Shown piece after piece: positions 56,402 to 64,000 of a stretch of 64,000 nt of DNA. The notes beneath the pieces were generated by a model. The model did no database searches, was not told where the DNA came from, and saw nothing but the letters and a program-made list of their open reading frames with translations. Both the position numbers and the translations under genes were made by a program. This stretch comes from Octopus vulgaris (taxonomy: Eukaryota): the NCBI GenBank assembly GCA_951406725.2, contig OX597825.1:86924001-86988000 (forward strand). The letters run 5' to 3'. Within the stretch, counting starts at the first letter, position 1; each line of letters starts with the position of its first letter.

Positions 56402-56607
56402 TTTTTGTGTCTGTGTTTGTCATCCCACCACCATCGCTTGACCACTGATGTTGGTGTGTTTACGTCCCCGTAAATTAGTGCTTCGGCAAAAGAGTCCGAT
56501 GTAATAAGTACCAGGCTTACAAAGAATAAGTCCTGGGGTCGATTTGTTCGATTAAAGGCAGTGCTCCATCATCGCCGGAATCAAATGACCGAAACAAACA
56601 AGAGAAT
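56178..56607 (+). mobile_element. near full-length octopus-type tRNA-derived SINE with internal (TA)n
   Basis: Head gtgcaggagtggctgcgtggcaagtagcttgcttaccaaccac and 3' end aagaataagtcctggggtcgatttg..caaatgaccgaaac. Fragments of it occur elsewhere in the window. Confidence 0.85.
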
Positions 56608-57017
56608 TCATTATATTCTTTAGCACTGATAATCATTTACCTCGATATTTTTACACATTTGGTATTGAAAAAAGCTCCCTAACCTTTGTTTTGGAGAAAA
56701 GTACCTTTGGGAAGAAAAGGGTTTAAAAATGTTCATCGAGGAAAGATTGAGAGAAGTTCAACCCACCAGATAATAATTATTATTAAGCATAAAGAAAGGG
56801 GCTACTTGAGACAGGGTCCTACCATTTTGCTGGACGTTGCATTTAAATGGTTTAAGAATTAATGAAATACGTATAATATACCAGCAGGAATACAAACAGT
56901 GACTCAAGGAGGACACTATTTCATACGTAGAAATATAAATTTGCACACCTTTTTATTTGTACATTATTTACATTGTTTACATTTGACGGATATTTGTCCT
57001 CATCTTGTTTGTTGTTA

Positions 57018-57061
57018 ACACAACGTTTCGGCTGATATACCCTCCAGCCTTCATCAGGTTT
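57018..57061 (-). ncRNA. minimal type I hammerhead ribozyme motif
   Basis: Reverse complement reads AAAC CTGATGA A GGCTG gagggtatat CAGCC GAAAC GTT GTGT. Confidence 0.8.
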
Positions 57062-57240
57062 CTTGGGGAAATTTCGAACCTGGGTACTCATTCCTAACGT
57101 ATTTTTCGATATTAAAAAAAAACATCAATTAAATATTGGAATCAAAGGGAGGTTATCTTCATTACTTAGGAAAATAACCAGAGATTATGATTAAAGGAAA
57201 AATGATATAGAAAAATACCCCGGTTCGAAATTTCCCCAAG

Positions 57241-57284
57241 ACACCTGATGAAGGCTGGAGGGTGTATCAGCTGAAATGTTGTAT
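57241..57284 (+). ncRNA. minimal type I hammerhead motif (CpG-decayed copy)
   Basis: ACAC CTGATGA A GGCTG gagggtgtat CAGCT GAAAT GTT GTAT. Confidence 0.72.
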
Positions 57285-57818
57285 TAACAACAAACAAGAT
57301 GAGGACAAATGACCGTCAAATGTAAATAATGTACATAATTTCTCATCTCTTAAATATAGAACTGCATTCTATTTGTGTATTTAATCAACGTAAATGCAAC
57401 GATACCATCAAATAATAAACACATGGATTAGCAGAACTTAAAATCCAATCAATATTGAGCTTATGATAAATGCTTATGTATTACTCACACATCGACGTAT
57501 TAGCAACGATTTACACAATGATAAAACATTACAAAGAACAAAACAAAAAAGGAAAAAAGCAACAACAACAAATAACAACATAAAAAAGAGAAACAAACAG
57601 AAAACCTGGGAAAATGGAAGCAGTAGGAATTCTGCTATTTTGAAATGGAGAAAATAGCAAGAAGACAGTAAAAAATAATAAAATAAAAATAAAACAGAAA
57701 GCTGAAACGGTATCTTTAAGTAAGAGCAGAAAATAGCTGTTGGTGTTGAACAGCGAACAATACAGGATATATACTTATACATACATACATACATACATAC
57801 ATACATACATACATACAT

Positions 57819-57871
<53 letters not shown>

Positions 57872-57951
57872 CACACGCACACACACATATATATATGTGA
57901 ATATATCTATATATATGAATATATATATATATAAAGATATATATATATACA

Positions 57952-58005
<54 letters not shown>

Positions 58006-58622
58006 CATATTTACATACATATATTTCTGAATTTTTCGAGATCTTTTCACATTTTTTCGCATTATATGTGCATTCATAAAGAAATATAATTTTATATGTA
58101 TCACTGTTTCTATATGATATATATAAATGCACACATGTATGTATATTGCATATATATATATATATATATATACATACATACATGCACTTATACATAAATA
58201 TATATGTACGTATATATACATAAATACATTTCTATATAAATATATTTACGCATAATAAAATATAAAAAAAATATATGTATGCATATATATATGTGTGTGT
58301 ATGTAAGCATGTATATTTAGAAAGTATGTATGTCTACGTGTACGTATGTGTGTAGGTTTGGCATTATTTGTTTTTCTTTGTTAGCTCTTTCAATACAATT
58401 AGATATTTCAACACAGCAGTAGAAGAAACTACAGGAATATCAATTTTTCTACTGAATGTTAACGCTTTCATTTTTTTTTTTAAATTTAGAAATATTGTTT
58501 CAAGTGCAGAAAACTGCTGTAATTTTACAATTTCCTCTTATTTTACAAATTTACTGAATATCATGTTTTTGTAAATCCTCACACGGCATGATGCCTGGCA
58601 GGGTCCTAGTTGGGCGACTCTT

Positions 58623-58654
<32 letters not shown>

Positions 58655-58942
58655 TGTATGTATGTATGTATGTATGTATGTATGTATGTATGTATGTATA
58701 AGTCTGTGTATATTAGTATATATACATATATACATGTATGATAAGTCTGTATGTGTATATTAATATATTTACAAATGATATGTATATATAAGGTATACGT
58801 GGTTCTGTGGTTCTGTGCGCAGATATACATGTATATAATAATAATATAATATACGTTTAATGATATTGATATGATTTTTGTATTCACGAATTGCCTTAGA
58901 CTAATATGGCTTGTAACTTTGTCGTGACGTAAAGATATATAT

Positions 58943-59010
<68 letters not shown>

Positions 59011-59263
59011 AAATCAAATAAACAAACAAAAATAGAGAAAAAGAGAAAAAGAAATCGAATGTGAGGACGTGTGCATCAGAAATATATTACTTTGGCGTTC
59101 GGTGAAGGGAGTGAGTTGTACATTTTTTGTGCATATACACTTCGTCGGAATTAAGAAAGTCCAGAGAGAAAAAAAGGAAAAGTAAGGAGAAATCTCCAAC
59201 AATCAACGTGCGGTTATATTTCCAAAGTGACCGGAAGTGGAAGGAGAAAGAGTAAGTGGTTTC

Positions 59264-59445
59264 TGGGACAGAATCGTTAGCACGTCGGACATAATGGTTT
59301 GCGGCAATTCGTCCGTCTTACAATCTGAGTTCAAATTCCGTCAAGGTCAGCGTTGCCTTTCACCCTTTCGGACTCTATAAAATAAGTAACAGTTGAGCCC
59401 CGGGGTCAATATGCAGCCTCCCACCAAAATTTGCACCTATAGTAG
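59264..59445 (+). mobile_element. tRNA-derived SINE (Meta-domain-like) followed by (TTA)n
   Basis: cagaatcgttagcacgtcgg...ctgagttcaaattccg...gcctttcaccctttcgg. Confidence 0.78.
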
Positions 59446-59462
59446 ATTGTTACACTCGTGAA

Positions 59463-59532
<70 letters not shown>

Positions 59533-59724
59533 GAGGAGAATGAATCAGTTTGGGAAGGATCAAAGTAAAACTATAATCGGAATGAAAGAGTTAGTGGTGA
59601 ATATAGATTGGTTGGAATGGCGCATTCTGAGGAAGCTTCTAATAATATTTATATTTATATAATCAAATGCCATACGCTATCATACCTTCACACACGCACT
59701 GCTATACACATCTCTGTCTTCCGG

Positions 59725-60040
59725 TGCTCCGTCGGTTACGACGACGAGTTTTCCAGTTGATCAAGTCAACAAGCAACCTGCTGGTGAAATTAACGTGCAA
59801 GTGGTTGAGCACGCCAAGACATGCGCACGCTTAACGTAGTTCTCATGGAGATTCAGAGTGACACAGAATGTAACAAGCCTGCCCCACCTCCCTTTGAATT
59901 ACAGGTACTACTCATATTTGTCAGCTGAGTAGGAAGGAACTACGAGAAGTAAAAAGGCTTGCTCAACGACACAACTCTCGGAAGAGTATCGAAATCACTA
60001 CCTTACGATCGCGAGTCTTCTCCCCGAAACCACAAAGCCA
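59725..60040 (-). mobile_element. CORE-like SINE, degenerate
   Basis: Homologous to 4975-5220. Confidence 0.7.
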
Positions 60041-60362
60041 TAAGCACGCGCACGCACTTAACACAAACATCATAAACACACACACACACACACACACACG
60101 TGTATGTATGTATGCATTCTTTCATCCATCCATTCATCCATACACGCACACATACATTTTTATGTGTGTTATGTTTAATGCATCGTAAACTGTTGTGGTT
60201 GTTCCGATATAAATTATCTTTTTGCTGAGATTTGTTCCGCCAGAACATTTCCAGCTACAAACACACATTTATAGACTTCAGGTTGCACAAAACTGCACCT
60301 TTCATGCTTCATGTGATAGAGAAGAAAAAAACAAACAAAACTCGCGCACGCACAGTTATAAC

Positions 60363-60423
<61 letters not shown>

Positions 60424-62666
60424 ATGCATATACGTAGTCATAGACAAGAGTAAATGCACATCATTCAGTTATATATGTGTGTGTGTGTGTGTGTGTGTGA
60501 ATGGATGAGGTGTGTGTAGTTAAATGTAAATATGAAAACAATGATAGCTAGATGTGGATATATAAAGCTTCGAGAACAGAGTGAGATAGAGAGAGTAGGC
60601 TTCCCCTCTTCTATGATCAGTATTACGTATCCCTGAGGATCAAAATCTTGACGAGTTTATAAGAGGGCGAGATCGCATGCAATAACTCTCACCGCTCTCA
60701 TTTCATGTGTTCTAATGTTGTGTGAGAGAGACGTGAGCCTCGACCACTTCTTCAGTTGGACATTGCTGACAGCTAAATTCCGCCCCCTCCAACGCACGGT
60801 AGGAAGTGTGATAGGCCATTCACAGATAATAATAAACCTCACTGGCCTGTATAACTAATGATTATTTGCAAATGCTCTGACCAAATCTAAGAACGTCACA
60901 ATCAATTTGACTTTGTCTACGCTGTCAGACGGCTGCTAAATAAAGTTGTCTTTCTTTTTCTTCCCTCTCCTCGCTTCCAATACTAAATATATCTTCGTAG
61001 TGAAGCTATGTGTTTGTATTTATCTGCCCTTGATAATTATTCGATTTTTGCGTTCATATTTTATTTTGCTTGCTCTTTAAATCACATATCACACTGAAAC
61101 ATACACTGGATCGATATCACCACCGAAAACCACCGAAGGCTCTTCCCCAGCATGGCCACAGTCGATTTCCTGAAACCAATAAAATGATAAAGAATAGTCT
61201 ATCAAGGAGTACACTATCTAACGTCATACCCTTTTTAAACATTATTATGTAAACTGAGGTAGATTTGGCTGTTATTTCCAGTATGTCAAATAACCACGTA
61301 GAGGCTCACTCTTTTGCTGTCTCAAGACTTCATCGTTACTGTTGTTTTTATTTCGCCCAAGGTCAGCCATGATCGAGTAAACCTATGATCAGACGCTTTC
61401 TAGCCGTGGCTTTTCCTTCTTCTTTGGAACTCCATTGTCCAATGAGTGAAGTATAAGACAGGATTATATGATTCGAGGGAGATTTTGCTGGTATTTCCAG
61501 CAAAATGAGCGACTGTGTAGAAGCTCTTGTGTTTCTTGAACGGAATTCAAGCAGCGGAAATGAGGTGGAATGGTTCTGTCCAGGAATCGAAACCAGAGGA
61601 GTTGAATTCGACGACACGGTTCGTTATCGAACTGCTTCACCACTTAGTCCACGACCACCTCATCGAAATCCCATCGATATGTATTTAGCTAAAAGTAAGC
61701 AGTGATTGATGTCCGTAATCTAACGTTTGTCACCAGAAAATGAGTTTATTTATTCGGCATTTGCCGGAAACTAGGTGGAACATATCTCTGGTGGCTGACG
61801 GACGGTTGTGGCTTTGACATTGCCTTTTGATTAGTTCAGAGGAACCGAAACTGTAAAAGAAAGAGAGAGAGGGGGAGGGAGAGGGAGTAGAAAGTGCGCG
61901 CGTGTATGCGTGTGTGTGTGTGTGGCTGGAGTAGAACGACTACGGACAAAAATACACTCACACACACATATACATATATAGACACGAACTCATAAAAGCA
62001 TACAAAGTCAAATACGCATAGACAAACATCACCGACAACTACACTCGTACATAGAGACAAACGACCACACAAAGATTCAAACCTACGCACACACATGAAC
62101 ACGCGCATAAGTACCAGTGTACGCACACACACACACATACACACGTATATTATCGATTCTTTTTCGAACAGGAACATAATAAATGTTAGTAAAGGAAGCT
62201 ATATTATTGTTGATGGAACAGACCGCTCAATGTTATTGGTGTATTCTGTAGCAAGTACGGTGCCGTAGCAAAAGCACACAGACTCCATTGAGACATTCGT
62301 TCATAAACAAAACCACTTCTTTTATGTTTTCGCCGGCTCCAATCATTGAACGGCGGCCATGCTGTGCCTTCATATTTAAAAGGGAGATTCATCGATTGTA
62401 TTGATATCAGCGGTGAAGGCGAAGTCAATATTGTCGTCAATGGACATCACTTGGAGAGAACTAAATACCGCGAAGTGGTTTCGTTCCACGCACACCCCAT
62501 TTCGATGCAAACAGCGTGTAATCGCGTGTATGCCTCCGCACACATGAGAGAAATTCGAAGTTTGATAGGTGCAACGCTCGAAACTCACTGCACTAGAGTC
62601 ACTTACATGACTTTACAACCGAATAATATATAATATATAATATAATCCATGCACATATATATATGA

Positions 62667-62716
<50 letters not shown>

Positions 62717-62718
62717 GC

Positions 62719-62777
<59 letters not shown>

Positions 62778-62787
62778 CATACATACA

Positions 62788-62835
<48 letters not shown>

Positions 62836-62886
62836 TATGTAACCACATTTTCTTCCTCCTTCTTCTTTCTATTGGACTTTCCTCTG

Positions 62887-62920
62887 TCTCTGAAGAAGAG
62901 CGTCTGCTCGAAAAGTTAAG
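62887..62920 (+). ncRNA. minimal hammerhead-like motif, canonical core, decayed stems I and III
   Basis: CTGAAGA A GAGC gtct GCTC GAAA A GTT AAG. The GAGC/GCTC stem II is the same as in family A. Confidence 0.55.
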
Positions 62921-63119
62921 CCATCTTTCTTTCCTTCCATGAGAGTCTGCTAATACTTTACATGTTCCACGTCCTCGCAATGTTGTTTTTTTTTTTTTGT
63001 ATTCCTTCTTCTTTTTTGGGGTATATATATATATATATATATAGTGAGAATTTACTATATAGGCCGGTGTGCAAACAACATACACATGCATTAGTTTAAT
63101 GCTCGGGAAGTGAGAAAGT

Positions 63120-63154
63120 CTTTTACGTTTCGTGCCTATGCTCTTCGACAGGAA
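63120..63154 (-). ncRNA. family A hammerhead-like motif, core CUGUCGA
   Basis: Reverse complement reads TTC CTGTCGA A GAGC ATAG GCAC GAAAC GTA AAAG. Confidence 0.55.
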
Positions 63155-63356
63155 CACAGAAGCAAACAGGGAGAGAAAATAGAAAATGTTTAATGGGGAG
63201 CGATCTATCATGATACATATATATATAAATATATATTATTGTATCTTGAGGGAATCATCCTCTTTTAGTGCCTTATTACTGAACACACTCACCGGTTCGA
63301 TTTCCACTAGTTTACTTATTTCTTTTTTCTAAATTTTTTGGACGTTTTGCAAACGA

Positions 63357-63393
63357 CTATTGAAGAGGTTGCAAGACGCAACGAAAATTTTAG
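63357..63393 (+). ncRNA. family B hammerhead-like motif with U3 core (UUGAAGA)
   Basis: CTA TTGAAGA G GTTGC aagac GCAAC GAAA A TTT TAG. Confidence 0.6.
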
Positions 63394-63448
63394 AAAAAAA
63401 ATTTCAACACACGAATTCACATAAAGAATCTTGAAAACCAAATACAAA

Positions 63449-63582
<134 letters not shown>

Positions 63583-63593
63583 ATATATATATG

Positions 63594-63629
<36 letters not shown>

Positions 63630-63634
<5 letters not shown>

Positions 63635-64000
63635 ACACATTTAAGTTTATAGAAAAATCTGATATATAATAACTGATAATAACTTCATTTATCAAAAAAC
63701 GCTATGAGGATAAAAATAAACCTTTTTTTCAAAAATGTTATTCAATAAAGCCAACCTCAGCTTCAAGATCTGTCTCTATATGAAATCTAAATCCTCTACA
63801 TGCTCATATCACGTGTCCTGGTTAATTTTGGATATTACTCCGACTATGGTAGCATTTAAAGAATCTTTGGTGTTATGGCCGTGTTGATTGACCTCTCTCT
63901 CAACAACGCTCCACATGTAATAGTCCAATGGATTGAGATCTGGGGAATTAGGAGGCTGAAATGTTAAGGGTTATGTGATCATGAACATTTTCAGCCATCC
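63630..64000 (-). mobile_element. 3' end of Tc1/mariner-superfamily (maT/DD37D-like) transposon, transposase pseudogene, cut by the window edge
   Basis: The - strand reads PPNSPDLNPLDYYMWSVVEREVN..HNTKDSL..ACRGFRFHIE..EAEVGFIE*, with the stop at 63738-63740. The element ends at a (TA)n tract. Confidence 0.88.

Larger units (their letters stand above)
56958..57335. mobile_element. fold-back element with an HHR in each arm
   Basis: Arms ~56958-57110 and ~57205-57335. Confidence 0.88.

Overview
AT-rich eukaryotic DNA saturated with microsatellites. The repeat content (tRNA-derived SINEs, RTE and R4/Dong LINE ends, mariner/Tc1 remnants, long (CA)n/(TA)n/(TAA)n/(TATC)n tracts) looks like an octopus or other coleoid cephalopod genome; this attribution is an inference from repeat families. 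No intact host protein-coding gene can be supported. Nearly all listed ORFs are microsatellite translations, and the real protein similarities are decayed transposon fragments. There is a 100-N gap at 853-952 with a probable false duplication across it. The main hidden signal is RNA structure. By eye I count about 25 complete, partial or degenerate minimal type I hammerhead ribozyme (HHR) motifs from roughly a dozen or more sequence families. They lie in non-coding tandem and fold-back elements, mostly inside (TA)n tracts, which is the architecture of Penelope-like elements and retrozymes. They include a tandem pair 546 nt apart, hairpins with a ribozyme on each strand, family-specific palindromic stem III sequences, and recurrent non-canonical cores (CUGUNGA; U3 with G8/A8). 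All coordinates were read manually and may be off by a few bases. No folding or database search was run.
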